This document shows positions 18,220-30,452 of a stretch of DNA of 52,959 bases, piece after piece. Source of the stretch: an uncultured Devosiaceae bacterium (GTDB lineage: Bacteria; Pseudomonadota; Alphaproteobacteria; Rhizobiales; Devosiaceae); contig CAZNHG010000001.1 in NCBI GenBank assembly GCA_964572555.1, positions 1-52,959 of the forward strand, written 5' to 3'. Within the stretch, counting starts at the first letter, position 1. Each line of letters opens with the position of its first letter. The notes under the pieces are model-generated. The model did no database searches and was not told the DNA's origin. It saw only the letters and a list, made by a program, of their open reading frames with translations. The translations under genes and the position numbers were made by a program.

Positions 18220-18303
18220 GGTCTGGAATGCGTCCCGATAATGGTTGCGGGACCGGGGCCGGCACCCGATGATGCCGGCCACGGCCGTTTTCCGGCTGTC
18301 GGT

Positions 18304-19494
18304 CTAGTTGCGAACGGGTATGTCCATTTCGCTGGCCTCGATCACATCGACCAGGGTGGGCACGCCCCATTCGACGCCCTCCTGCACCTCGATCTCGAAG
18401 TGATACATGTCCTGCATGGCCTGATGGTCCTCGGGCCGGAAGGTCATGGTGCCCTTGGGGGTGTCGAACGACATGCCTTCCATGGCGGAGATCAGGGTTT
18501 CCGTATCCGTCTCGCCGCCAGTCTCTTCCAGCGCCTTGACCACGGCTCCCGCCGCAGAAAAGCCCCCGGCGGTGAAGAAGTCGGGCGGGCCGTCGAAACG
18601 CTCCATGTGTTGCTCGACCAGCCAGTCGTTGATCGCGTTGTCCGGGATCTCGTAGTAATAGTAGGTCGCGCCCTCCATTCCCGGCAGGTCCCTGTAGGCG
18701 ACCATGGCCGGCAGGATGTTACCCCCACTGGCGAGCTCGATGTCGAGACGGCCCGGATTCATGTCCTTGATCTTGCCCAGCGGATTGCCGCCGCCGGCCC
18801 AGATCACGAAGATGATCTTGCGGCCTTCCTCACCCTCGAGCGCATCGAACAGGCGCTGGGCATGTGCAGTGAAGTCGGTGGTGTCCGTGGGCGCATACTC
18901 CTCGAATACGAGCTCGGCACCCGTACCATCGAGGGCTTCCTTGAACGCGGCGACCCCGTCGCGGCCAAAGGCATAGTCCTGCGCGAGGGTGGCGATCTTC
19001 ACGTCCTCGCCGCCAAGCGCCACCGCATTCGAGATGGCATCCTGCGAGGAGTTGCGGCCGGTGCGGAAGATGTAGCGGTTCCAGTTCTCGCCGGTGATGC
19101 TGTCGGCCACGGCCGGCTCGACGAGGAAGACCTTGCCGTATTCCTGGGCCACCGGAAGCATGGCGAGGGTGACACCGGAGCTGACACCGCCAACAGCGAG
19201 ATCGACCTCGTCATCGCCATAGGCCTCGGCGAGAACCGAGCGCCCGATATCGGGCTCGAGCTGGGTGTCCTTCTCGATGACCTCGATCTTCTTGCCTGCG
19301 ACCTCCATGGTGCCATCGGTGAAGTATTCGAGGCCCATCATGAAGCCGTTGTGCGACTGCGTCGCATAGGCTTCGAGAGCGCCGGTCTTGCCATAGACAT
19401 GCGCGATCTTGATCGTGTCCTCCTGGGCGAGGGCGCCGGAGCCCCCAAGAAGCGTTACGCAGGCGGCAACGCCGAGTGTTTGCAGCAGTTTCAT
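18304..19494 (-). CDS. HAAT-family (Leu/Ile/Val-binding-protein fold) ABC substrate-binding protein, ligand unknown
   Basis: Start at the ATG at 19494 with a GGAGG RBS. Signal peptide MKLLQTLGVAACVTLLGGSGALA/QED. IKIAHVYGKTGALEAY...LAQDYAFGRDG pattern of type-1 periplasmic binding proteins. Confidence 0.88.
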   Translation of the reverse strand: MKLLQTLGVAACVTLLGGSGALAQEDTIKIAHVYGKTGALEAYATQSHNGFMMGLEYFTDGTMEVAGKKIEVIEKDTQLEPDIGRSVLAEAYGDDEVDLAVGGVSSGVTLAMLPVAQEYGKVFLVEPAVADSITGENWNRYIFRTGRNSSQDAISNAVALGGEDVKIATLAQDYAFGRDGVAAFKEALDGTGAELVFEEYAPTDTTDFTAHAQRLFDALEGEEGRKIIFVIWAGGGNPLGKIKDMNPGRLDIELASGGNILPAMVAYRDLPGMEGATYYYYEIPDNAINDWLVEQHMERFDGPPDFFTAGGFSAAGAVVKALEETGGETDTETLISAMEGMSFDTPKGTMTFRPEDHQAMQDMYHFEIEVQEGVEWGVPTLVDVIEASEMDIPVRN

Positions 19495-19540
19495 CGTTAT
19501 CCTCCCAACTGGGCCCGTTACGGGCGCCGGTTCCGGTTCG

Positions 19541-19560
19541 GGGCGCCACAGGTGGCGCCC
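19541..19560 (-). other. intercistronic GC hairpin (GGGCGCCAC-ag-GTGGCGCCC) between bdhA and the binding-protein gene
   Basis: Palindrome read directly, with no U tract. A second one, CCCGG-tgac-CCGGG, lies about 20 nt away. Confidence 0.4.
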
Positions 19561-19601
19561 GGCTTCTGCGACCCGGTGACCCGGGCCGGAAATTCGTTCA
19601 G

Positions 19602-20393
19602 CTACTTCGCCGTCCACCCTCCGTCGATCGAGATGGCCGTGCCCGTGATCGAGCGGGCCATGTCGGAGGTGAGATAGAGCGCGAGTTCCGCGATCTCCTC
19701 GGGCTGGACGAACTGGCGCGTGGGCTGCGGGGTCAGCATGACCTTGCGCACCACGTCCTCTTCGCTCATGCCGTGGACCCGGGCCTGATCGGCCACCTGG
19801 GCAGCGACGAGCGGCGTCCAGACGTAGCCGGGACATATGGCGTTGACGGTGATGCCCTGTTCAGCGACTTCGAGCGCGACGGTCTTGGTGAGCCCGACGA
19901 CGCCGTGCTTTGTGGCGACATAGGCCGACTTGTACGGCGAGGCACGCAGGCCATGGGCCGAGGCGATATTGACGATGCGACCCCAGCCGCGCTCCTTCAT
20001 ACCGGGCAGGGCGGCGCGGGTGGCGTGGAAAGCGCTGTCGAGACTGACCGCGACGATGCGGTTCCAGTCTTCGGTTGCGAAATCATCGATGGCCGCGACC
20101 TTCTGGATGCCGGCGTTGTTGACCAGCACGTCGATACGGCCGAAGCGGTCGAGCACGGAACCGGCGAGTGCCTCGCTCTGCGCCTGATCGGAGAGATCGG
20201 CATGGAAATAGGCGACGCCGGCCTGGGCGGCGGTCCTGACCTCGCCAAGCGCTTCGGCCGCATCCGATTCGGTTTCGATGCCGTTGACCGCGACCGAGTA
20301 ACCGGCGGCGGCGAAACGCTTGGCAATGGACAGGCCGATACCGCTTGTCGAGCCGGTTACAAGCACCGTCCTGTTGTCGGTGTTCGAGACCAC
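19602..20393 (-). CDS. bdhA: 3-hydroxybutyrate dehydrogenase (SDR family)
   Basis: 263 aa with a GTG start 5 nt after a GGAGG RBS. TGSTSGIG cofactor motif, YKSAYVATKHG catalytic motif, C-terminal ISIDGGWTAK. Overall pattern typical of BdhA. Confidence 0.9.
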   Translation of the reverse strand: MVSNTDNRTVLVTGSTSGIGLSIAKRFAAAGYSVAVNGIETESDAAEALGEVRTAAQAGVAYFHADLSDQAQSEALAGSVLDRFGRIDVLVNNAGIQKVAAIDDFATEDWNRIVAVSLDSAFHATRAALPGMKERGWGRIVNIASAHGLRASPYKSAYVATKHGVVGLTKTVALEVAEQGITVNAICPGYVWTPLVAAQVADQARVHGMSEEDVVRKVMLTPQPTRQFVQPEEIAELALYLTSDMARSITGTAISIDGGWTAK

Positions 20394-20459
20394 GATTCCT
20401 CCACCCTCGGATTCAGGCCGGTTTGGGCGTCCGGCCGATCGTCGTTTTGGCCCTTCCCT

Positions 20460-20477
20460 TTCAAGGGGCGTGCCAAG
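20460..20477 (-). promoter_or_regulatory. sigma54-type -24/-12 promoter upstream of bdhA (minus strand CTTGGCACG-cccc-TTGAA)
   Basis: Reverse complement of 20460-20477. The -24 TGGCACG is perfect and the spacing is correct. The -12 reads TTGA instead of TTGC. It lies about 67 nt upstream of the bdhA GTG and directly downstream of a sigma54 EBP gene. Confidence 0.5.
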
Positions 20478-20502
20478 TTGAAACAGGCGGGGTTTGTGGT
20501 GG

Positions 20503-20542
20503 AGATATATCGAGTTTCCACAGAGAGATAGAGAATATATCT
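20503..20542. promoter_or_regulatory. AT-rich inverted repeat AGATATAT-N24-ATATATCT, candidate EBP binding site (UAS)
   Basis: Read directly. It lies 30-80 bp upstream of the putative sigma54 promoter and is conspicuously AT-rich for this genome. Confidence 0.3.
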
Positions 20543-20634
20543 AATGTTTCGGGCAAGCGTGGCACATCACGCCCATTGTCCGTGTTTCCGAACAAAACGT
20601 CCGCAAATCCGAACACTTGTGCGATGACTGGGTA

Positions 20635-22056
<1,422 letters not shown>

Positions 22057-22119
22057 GCGATTACCTTTCTCGACTGGTATTCACGGTAACCGTGCACCCG
22101 GATGCCCGCAAGCTGACGG

Positions 22120-24066
<1,947 letters not shown>

Positions 24067-24077
24067 TTTGCTCCTCC

Positions 24078-25259
24078 TCAGTCGCGGGCGATGCACATGG
24101 CGATGCCCATGCCGCCGCCAATGCAAAGCGTGGCGACACCCCGGCGGGCATCGCGTTTGATCATTTCATGGATCAGCGTGGTCAGGACACGGGCGCCGGA
24201 TGCGCCGATCGGGTGGCCCAGCGCGATGGCACCGCCGTTGACGTTGACCTTCCCGGCGTCGAGTTCAAGATCGCGCATGACCGCCAGGCTCTGAGAGGCG
24301 AAGGCCTCGTTGATCTCCCACAGATCGACGCTGTCTGTCGTCCAGCCGGCCCGTTCGAGCGCCTTGCGGCTGGCACCGATCGGGCCAAGGCCCATGACCT
24401 GCGGATCGAGCCCGACATGTGCCCAGGAGGCGATGCGGGCCAGCGGCGTGACGTTCGCGGCCGCCAAAGCCGATTCCGACATGAGAACCACGGCCGCGGC
24501 ACCGTCGTTGATGCCCGAGGCATTGCCCGCCGTGACCGTGCCGTCCTTGTCGAACGCGGGCTTGAGCTTCTGCATCGTGGCGAGGTCGGCGTCATGACGG
24601 ATGAACTCGTCGGCACTGACGATGGTCTCCCCCTTGCGGGTCTTGACTGAAACAGGGACGATTTCGGTGGCAAAGCGGCCGGCCTTCTCCGCGGCCGATG
24701 CACGCTGGTGCGAGGTGAGGGCGAAGGCGTCCTGGGCCTCCCGCTCGATCAGATACTGCTTGGCGACATTCTCCGCAGTGGCGCCCATGGGGTAGCCATA
24801 GAAGGCGTCGCTCAGCCCCTCGCTCATCACCGTGTCGGTGAAGGTGATATCACCAAGCTTCTGCCCCTGCCGAAGCGTGGCGACGTGCGGGGCACGGCTC
24901 ATGCTTTCCTGCCCACCCGCGACAACCGCTTCCGCCTCGCCGAGCGCAATCTGCTGGCCCGCGAGGGCGATGGCGCGCAAGCCGGAACCACACACCTGGT
25001 TCACGGAAAGGGCAGGGGCGCTGTCGGCGAGTCCGGCGGCACGAGCCGCCTGGCGCGCCGGGTTCATGCCCTGGCCGGCCGTAAGGACCTGCCCCAGGAT
25101 CGTTTCGTCGATACGGGCGGGCTCCAAGCCGGCGTCCGCGATCGCGGCGGTGATGGCAATGGTGCCGAGTTCATGCGCGGCGAGCGAGACGAGGCCCCCG
25201 TTCAGCGCGCCGATCGGTGTGCGGCGTGCCGCCACGATGTGAACGTTCTGCCCGGCCAT
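24078..25259 (-). CDS. acetyl-CoA C-acetyltransferase (acetoacetyl-CoA thiolase)
   Basis: The ATG at 25259 is preceded by an AAGGAG RBS that lies inside the track ORF's GTG extension. Active-site [12 protein letters not shown]-terminal [19 protein letters not shown] and LCIGGGMG. Confidence 0.92.
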   Translation of the reverse strand: MAGQNVHIVAARRTPIGALNGGLVSLAAHELGTIAITAAIADAGLEPARIDETILGQVLTAGQGMNPARQAARAAGLADSAPALSVNQVCGSGLRAIALAGQQIALGEAEAVVAGGQESMSRAPHVATLRQGQKLGDITFTDTVMSEGLSDAFYGYPMGATAENVAKQYLIEREAQDAFALTSHQRASAAEKAGRFATEIVPVSVKTRKGETIVSADEFIRHDADLATMQKLKPAFDKDGTVTAGNASGINDGAAAVVLMSESALAAANVTPLARIASWAHVGLDPQVMGLGPIGASRKALERAGWTTDSVDLWEINEAFASQSLAVMRDLELDAGKVNVNGGAIALGHPIGASGARVLTTLIHEMIKRDARRGVATLCIGGGMGIAMCIARD

Positions 25260-25340
25260 GCCCGTCTCCTTCACGTATTCATGTGTCGCCCGTATTGGTA
25301 ACGCTTGCCCCGGAGGCGCAAATAGGCGTATTTATACGTC

Positions 25341-25919
25341 ATGTCGTCAGTGCGCTCTCAGACCGACGAACCCGGCGCGGGCTTTCTGTTTCCGCTCGAA
25401 GCGCTGCCCGTTCCAATGGTCTACGCCACGCACCGGATCATTCGCGATTGCAATACGGCCTTTGCCGAACTGTTCGGCTATGAGCGAGGCGAATTGCGCA
25501 ACGAGAGTTTCAACAGGCTCTATCCCGAATTGGCCGACTTCGTGATGGTGGGCGACCTGTGGCGCTCCAATTTCGCGGGCGGGCAGGCGTATGCGGACGA
25601 GCGTATCATGCGCAAGCGCGACGGCACGCGCTTCTGGTGCCGGGCGCGGGGGCGCTCGATGCTGCGAGGCGATCCGTTTTCCGAAGCGATCTACTGCTTC
25701 GAGCCGATGACGCGGCCCGTACATCACGCGCGCACGGAACTGACGCCGCGCCAGCGCCAGATCGTGACGCTCGTCTCACAGGGCAAGACGAACGCGGAGA
25801 TCGCCGGGGAGATCGGGCTGTCTAAGCGGAGCGTCGAGACTCACCGGCTTCGATTGATGCGTGCGCTGGGGCTGCGCAACAGTGCGGAACTCGTCGCCTG
25901 GTTTTCGGCGTCCTCTTGA
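25341..25919 (+). CDS. PAS-domain LuxR-family transcriptional regulator (solo, no receiver domain)
   Basis: 192 aa. PAS-like N-terminus (VYATHRIIRDCNTAFAELFGYERGEL...RKRDGTRFW). C-terminal LuxR HTH LTPRQRQIVTLVSQGKTNAEIAGEIGLSKRSVETHRLRLM. Confidence 0.8.
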   Translation: MSSVRSQTDEPGAGFLFPLEALPVPMVYATHRIIRDCNTAFAELFGYERGELRNESFNRLYPELADFVMVGDLWRSNFAGGQAYADERIMRKRDGTRFWCRARGRSMLRGDPFSEAIYCFEPMTRPVHHARTELTPRQRQIVTLVSQGKTNAEIAGEIGLSKRSVETHRLRLMRALGLRNSAELVAWFSASS

Positions 25920-26071
25920 GCCCGGACCGCTTGCCAACTCATTGAAAGCGCGCATTTGGCGCGACACGTGAGCATCGACCCGCCCCTATTGGTGCGGCTG
26001 CCACGTGATCGTGGCGATCACGAACTTCATGGCGGGTCTTGCGGCGAGAGAGAGGTTATGCGAACGTGAGG

Positions 26072-26091
26072 TTAGGAAAAGCTTTTCCTAA
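26072..26091. promoter_or_regulatory. perfect 20-bp palindrome TTAGGAAAAGCTTTTCCTAA, candidate LacI-family operator
   Basis: Read directly. It lies 136 bp upstream of the sugar-binding-protein gene, and a LacI gene is in the same operon. Confidence 0.55.
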
Positions 26092-26150
26092 ATCCGCGAA
26101 ATCATCGTGCCTATGAGGAGATTGGGACATGAAAAGCGGTTTATGGAATG

Positions 26151-26167
26151 AGAAAAGGTTTTCCGAA
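26151..26167. promoter_or_regulatory. second, imperfect copy of the operator (AGAAAAGGTTTTCCGAA)
   Basis: Shares the GAAAAG-N-TTTTCC core with the 26072 palindrome. Confidence 0.35.
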
Positions 26168-26226
26168 CGACGTGACGGCAAGTCAGCGCGAGTCGCCGTC
26201 ACATTGCGCTTAGAGGGGAGGAACCC

Positions 26227-27480
26227 ATGACACTATTCAACGGCCGCGTAGCCACGCGCGTGATCGCCGCCGCGTCGGTGACCGCGATGATGACGACAAC
26301 GGCGTTTGCTCAGGACATGACCATGTGGGTGCGCGAGAGCGCCGCCGATCCCGGTCAGCTCATGGTCGATCTGTGGAACAGTTCGCATGACACCCAGATC
26401 GAACTGACAGCCATTCCGGACAACCAGGTGGTAACCAAGCTCGCCACGAGCGTGCGTGCCGGTGATGCGCCGGACCTGGTCTCGTTCGACCTGATCTACA
26501 TGCCCGACTTCATGCGGGCCGGTTTCCTGACGGATCTGACCGACCAGCTCGAGGCCGATCCGAACTACGAAACCATGGTTCAGGCCTACAAGGACATCGC
26601 CACCTACGAGGACCGCATCTACGGCGTCGGCTTCACCCCGGACGTCTCGATCCTGGTGTGGAACAAAGAGCTGTTCCGCGAGGCGGGGCTCGATCCCGAG
26701 CAGCCGCCCGAATCCATCTACGAGATTCACGAGATGGCCACCAAGATCGGCGCACTGGGCGACGATACCTACGGCTTCTATTTCGCCGGCTCATGCCCGG
26801 GCTGCAACATCTTCGTCACCTCGCCCCTGATGGTGGCGGGCGGCGCCGAGATGCTGCCGCGCAGTGGCGACGATGCCGCGCTTGAAGGCGAGGCCGTCTT
26901 CGAGGTGCTCGACCAATACCGCCAGATGTGGGAGGAGGGGCTTATACCCGAAAGTGCCGAGGTCGACACCGGCGAGAACTTCGTCTCCGCCTTCACGCAG
27001 GGCAATATCGGCATCACCGGCTCGGGCGGCTTCCTCCTGTCCCTGATGGAGCGCCAGTTCCCCGACTTCGATTATGGGGTGACGCTTCTGCCGGGTCTCG
27101 AGCCGGGGCAGGTTTCCGGGTTCGTGGGCGGTGACGTCGTCGCCATCCCAGAGGGCACGCCCAACGAGGAGGCCGCCCGCGAGTTCATTGCCTGGGTGCT
27201 CAGCGACGAGGCGCAGCTCGAGGGGCTGGCCAAGAACTCGATCCTGACCACCCGGACGGACCTGGCCGACAACGAGTACTTCGAGGGCAACGAGAAGGTG
27301 CAGGCCACTGCAAGGGCGCTCGAGGCCGGGTACGTGCCCGCCGTCTTCCACTTCGCGACCATGGTCAACTCGGATTCGAGCCCGTGGATCAACATGATCC
27401 AGCGCGCCGTGTTCGATGGCGACGTTCAGGCTGCGATCGACGATGCGCGTCAGCGCATGCTCGATATCGCCAGCCAGTAG
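26227..27480 (+). CDS. carbohydrate ABC transporter (CUT1) substrate-binding protein
   Basis: 417 aa. Signal peptide ...MMTTTAFA/QD. Extracellular solute-binding family 1 pattern. GAGGGGAGG RBS. Confidence 0.88.
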   Translation: MTLFNGRVATRVIAAASVTAMMTTTAFAQDMTMWVRESAADPGQLMVDLWNSSHDTQIELTAIPDNQVVTKLATSVRAGDAPDLVSFDLIYMPDFMRAGFLTDLTDQLEADPNYETMVQAYKDIATYEDRIYGVGFTPDVSILVWNKELFREAGLDPEQPPESIYEIHEMATKIGALGDDTYGFYFAGSCPGCNIFVTSPLMVAGGAEMLPRSGDDAALEGEAVFEVLDQYRQMWEEGLIPESAEVDTGENFVSAFTQGNIGITGSGGFLLSLMERQFPDFDYGVTLLPGLEPGQVSGFVGGDVVAIPEGTPNEEAAREFIAWVLSDEAQLEGLAKNSILTTRTDLADNEYFEGNEKVQATARALEAGYVPAVFHFATMVNSDSSPWINMIQRAVFDGDVQAAIDDARQRMLDIASQ

Positions 27481-27543
27481 TATCTGCGACAAGGGCACCC
27501 GGCCGTTGGTACGGCCGGGTGCCGACGCTGCGGGGAGGGGCGA

Positions 27544-28419
27544 ATGCTTGCCACCAACAACAAGCTGATCGGACTGATGTATCTGGCGCCGGCTTTGCTG
27601 TTTGTCGCCGTGTTCGTCTTCTATCCGCTCAGCCAGCTCATCTACATCTCGATGACCAGCGAGTCGCTTCTGGGCGGCGGCGAGTTCGTCTGGTTCGACA
27701 ACTACATTCGGGCCTTCACGGATGCCGATTTCTGGAGTTCCTTCTGGTTCACTGTCCAGTACACAGCCTATATCACCCCGGTGCTGGTGGGGCTCGGTTT
27801 TCTGCTCGCGCTTCTGACCAGCGACAACCGGCCGGTCATCCAGGTTACCCGCGGCGTCGTGTTTCTGCCCGTGGTCATCGGCTTCGCCAGTTCGAGCCTG
27901 CTGTGGGTCTGGCTGTTCGACCAGCAGGTCGGGCTTTTGAATAAGTTTCTCGTCGATATCGGTGTGCTCGCCCAGCCATGGGTGTGGTTCAACAAGGCGC
28001 ATCTGGGCCTGTTCGCCGTTGTCGTTTCCGTGACCTGGAAGGTGGTGGGGCTCGGCATGATCCTGATGATCGCCGGAATCCAGACGATCAGCCAGGACGT
28101 GATCGAGGCCTCGATGATCGATGGCGCGCGCTATTGGCAGCGCGTGCGCAAGATCATCATTCCGCTCGCCGCCCGGTCGATCTTCCTGGCGACACTCATC
28201 GTCGTCATCGGCTCCATGCTCGCCTTCGATCAGTTCTACCTGATGACCGGCGGCGCCCCGCGCGGACAGACCTTCACGTCCGTTTACTGGATTTACCAGA
28301 ACTCGTTCGTCTACTTCAAACTGGGCTATGGCAGTGCGCTGTCGATCATTCTCACGGTCGTGATCATGATGATGGCCGCCCTGCAATTGTTCCTGCAGCG
28401 CCGGGGAGTGGCCAAATGA
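27544..28419 (+). CDS. carbohydrate ABC transporter permease (MalF/UgpA-like)
   Basis: 291 aa, 6 TM. EAA loop EASMIDGARYWQRVRKIIIPL. Confidence 0.88.
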   Translation: MLATNNKLIGLMYLAPALLFVAVFVFYPLSQLIYISMTSESLLGGGEFVWFDNYIRAFTDADFWSSFWFTVQYTAYITPVLVGLGFLLALLTSDNRPVIQVTRGVVFLPVVIGFASSSLLWVWLFDQQVGLLNKFLVDIGVLAQPWVWFNKAHLGLFAVVVSVTWKVVGLGMILMIAGIQTISQDVIEASMIDGARYWQRVRKIIIPLAARSIFLATLIVVIGSMLAFDQFYLMTGGAPRGQTFTSVYWIYQNSFVYFKLGYGSALSIILTVVIMMMAALQLFLQRRGVAK

Positions 28420-29324
28420 GCGCGACGACAACCATCGACACCGCGCCCGCGCCAATCGCCAAGGGCGGCGCCATCGAAGCGCAGGCCGTGGGCGGCAGCC
28501 GGCGCGTCCGCTATCTCGTCGGTGCCCTGTGCATTTTCATCATCGCCTTGATGCTCGCGCCGTTGGTTCTGTCGTTCTTTGCCTCGATCAAGACGCCGGA
28601 CGAGGCGGGCGCAGTACCGCCGACCTATCTGCCGCACGGGGTCAGCATCGAGAACTACATGACGGTGCTGACCTACCAGGCGGGCCTGTGGACCTATGTC
28701 TTCAATTCGCTCCTCGTGGCGTTCTTCACGATCGCACTGTGCCTCGGGCTCTCGGTACCGGCCGGCTATGCGCTCGCGCGCTTCGCCATTCCCGGCAAGG
28801 AGGTGCTGTTCCTCATGCTCCTGGCCAGCATGATGATCCCGTATCAGGCCATGCTGACCCCGCTCTACCTGATGTTCACGGAACTGGGCCTGACGAACAC
28901 TCATCTCGGGCTGGCGATCGTGCATACGATCCTGCAATTGCCGTTGTCGGTCTACCTGATGCGCAACAGTTTCGAGGGAATCCCGAAGGAACTCGAGGAA
29001 GCGGCCGTCATGGACGGGTGCAGCTCCTTGCAGATCCTCAGGCGCGTGTTCATGCCGCTGGTGATCCCGGGCATGGTCACCGTGTCGCTGTTCGCCTTCA
29101 TCATGTCGTGGAACGAGTTCATTGCGGCTCTGGTGTTCATGAGCAGCGAGAACAGCTTCACCGTGCCGGTGATGCTGACGGGCGTTTCCACGGGCATTTT
29201 CGGGGTCGTCGACTGGGGTGCGCTGCAGGCGGGCGTGATCGTCTCGATCGTGCCCTGCGTGGCCATCTACCTGATGTTGCAGCGCTACTACGTGTCGGGC
29301 CTGATGAGCGGCGCAGTGAAATAG
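28416..29324 (+). CDS. carbohydrate ABC transporter permease (MalG/UgpE-like)
   Basis: The ATG at 28416 overlaps the upstream stop (ATGA). EAA loop EAAVMDGCSSLQILRRVFMPL. The N-terminal part of the track ORF is out of context. Confidence 0.88.
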   Translation: MSATTTIDTAPAPIAKGGAIEAQAVGGSRRVRYLVGALCIFIIALMLAPLVLSFFASIKTPDEAGAVPPTYLPHGVSIENYMTVLTYQAGLWTYVFNSLLVAFFTIALCLGLSVPAGYALARFAIPGKEVLFLMLLASMMIPYQAMLTPLYLMFTELGLTNTHLGLAIVHTILQLPLSVYLMRNSFEGIPKELEEAAVMDGCSSLQILRRVFMPLVIPGMVTVSLFAFIMSWNEFIAALVFMSSENSFTVPVMLTGVSTGIFGVVDWGALQAGVIVSIVPCVAIYLMLQRYYVSGLMSGAVK

Positions 29325-29341
29325 GAGCAACGGACGCCGCC

Positions 29342-30412
29342 ATGACCGATTCAGACCCCAACTCTCCGGAGCCACAGGAGCCGCGTGCCGGCCGCTCGCA
29401 TGCCGGCCCGACCATCCGCGATGTCGCGCGGGCGGCCGAGGTGAGCATCGGCACCGTCTCCAAGGCCCTGAACAATTCCGGGACGCTACGCCAGGAGACC
29501 CGGGATCGCATTGTCGCGGTCGCGCGGGAGCTGGGCTTTCGGCCCAACGACCTGGCGCAGGCCCTGCACCGGGGGCAGAGCTTTACCGTGGGGCTGATCT
29601 CCAACGACAGCTTCGGGCGTTTCACCATGCCGATCATGGAGGGTCTGGAACGGGAGCTCGCGGCGGAGCGGATCGCAGTGTTTATGTGCAACGCCACGGA
29701 CGATCCGGGACGCGAGCGCCAGCACCTCGAGCAGCTCATGGGCAAACGGGTCGACGGGCTGGTGTTCACCGCCCGCCGTGCCGACCGGCGCCCGAGCGTC
29801 AGCGTCAATCTCGGCGACCTGCCGACGATCTTCGTGTTCTCGCAAAGCGACGATCCGGACTCCTTTTGCCTGTTGCCCGATGACGAGGGCGGGGTACGGA
29901 TGGCGACCGAACATCTGATCGCGGCGGGCCGGACGCGCATTGCCCATGTGACGGGACCGGAGCGGTTCGAGGCGGTCACGCTCAGGCGCAAGGGTTATGC
30001 GGCTGCGCTGAAGGCCGCGGGCCTGAATGCGCCGGGGAACTATTTTCTGTCTGGCAGCTGGTCCGAGCATTGGGGGCGCGAGGCGGTCGAGAAGCTGTTC
30101 ACGGGGCCGGACAGGGCGCCCGACGGGATCATCTGCGGGAACGACCAGATCGGCCGCGGCGTGCTCGAGGCCCTGCGCGACCGCGGCGTCGCAATGCCGG
30201 ACGAGGTCGGCGTGGTCGGCTTCGACAACTGGGAAGTCATGGCCGAAGCGGCCCGTCCCAGGCTCACCAGCGTCGACATGAATCTTTACGAACTGGGCCG
30301 TGAGGCCGGACGCCGGATCATCCGCATGATCGGCGGCGAACAATTCCACGGCGTACTGCGGCTGCCCTGTTCCCTTGTGGTGCGGGAAAGCTGTGGTGCG
30401 CAGGCGATCTGA
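29342..30412 (+). CDS. LacI family transcriptional regulator
   Basis: Internal ATG of track ORF 28529..30412. HTH PTIRDVARAAEVSIGTVSKALNN followed by a periplasmic-binding-fold effector domain. Confidence 0.9.
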   Translation: MTDSDPNSPEPQEPRAGRSHAGPTIRDVARAAEVSIGTVSKALNNSGTLRQETRDRIVAVARELGFRPNDLAQALHRGQSFTVGLISNDSFGRFTMPIMEGLERELAAERIAVFMCNATDDPGRERQHLEQLMGKRVDGLVFTARRADRRPSVSVNLGDLPTIFVFSQSDDPDSFCLLPDDEGGVRMATEHLIAAGRTRIAHVTGPERFEAVTLRRKGYAAALKAAGLNAPGNYFLSGSWSEHWGREAVEKLFTGPDRAPDGIICGNDQIGRGVLEALRDRGVAMPDEVGVVGFDNWEVMAEAARPRLTSVDMNLYELGREAGRRIIRMIGGEQFHGVLRLPCSLVVRESCGAQAI

Positions 30413-30452
30413 CAGAACGAAAAACGGGGGCCCGACAGGGCGGAGACGTTAC

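Noticed and set aside
16715-18370. Single 551-aa ORF spanning the livF and livG regions.
   Set aside because: Only the C-terminal 242 aa (from the ATG at 17443) is an ABC ATPase. The upstream 309 aa is R/P-rich and overlaps the real livG in another frame.
20560-20580. TGGCAC hexamer on the plus strand (TGGCACatcacgcccaTTGT).
   Set aside because: There is no TTGC at the N5 position. It also points toward the 3' end of the minus-strand EBP gene, with no plus-strand gene to serve.
25295-25308. Sigma54-like string TTGGTAACGCTTGC upstream of the PAS-LuxR gene.
   Set aside because: The GG-to-GC spacing is 2 nt too short for a -24/-12 promoter, whose spacing is strict, and the -24 reads GGTAA rather than GGCAC.
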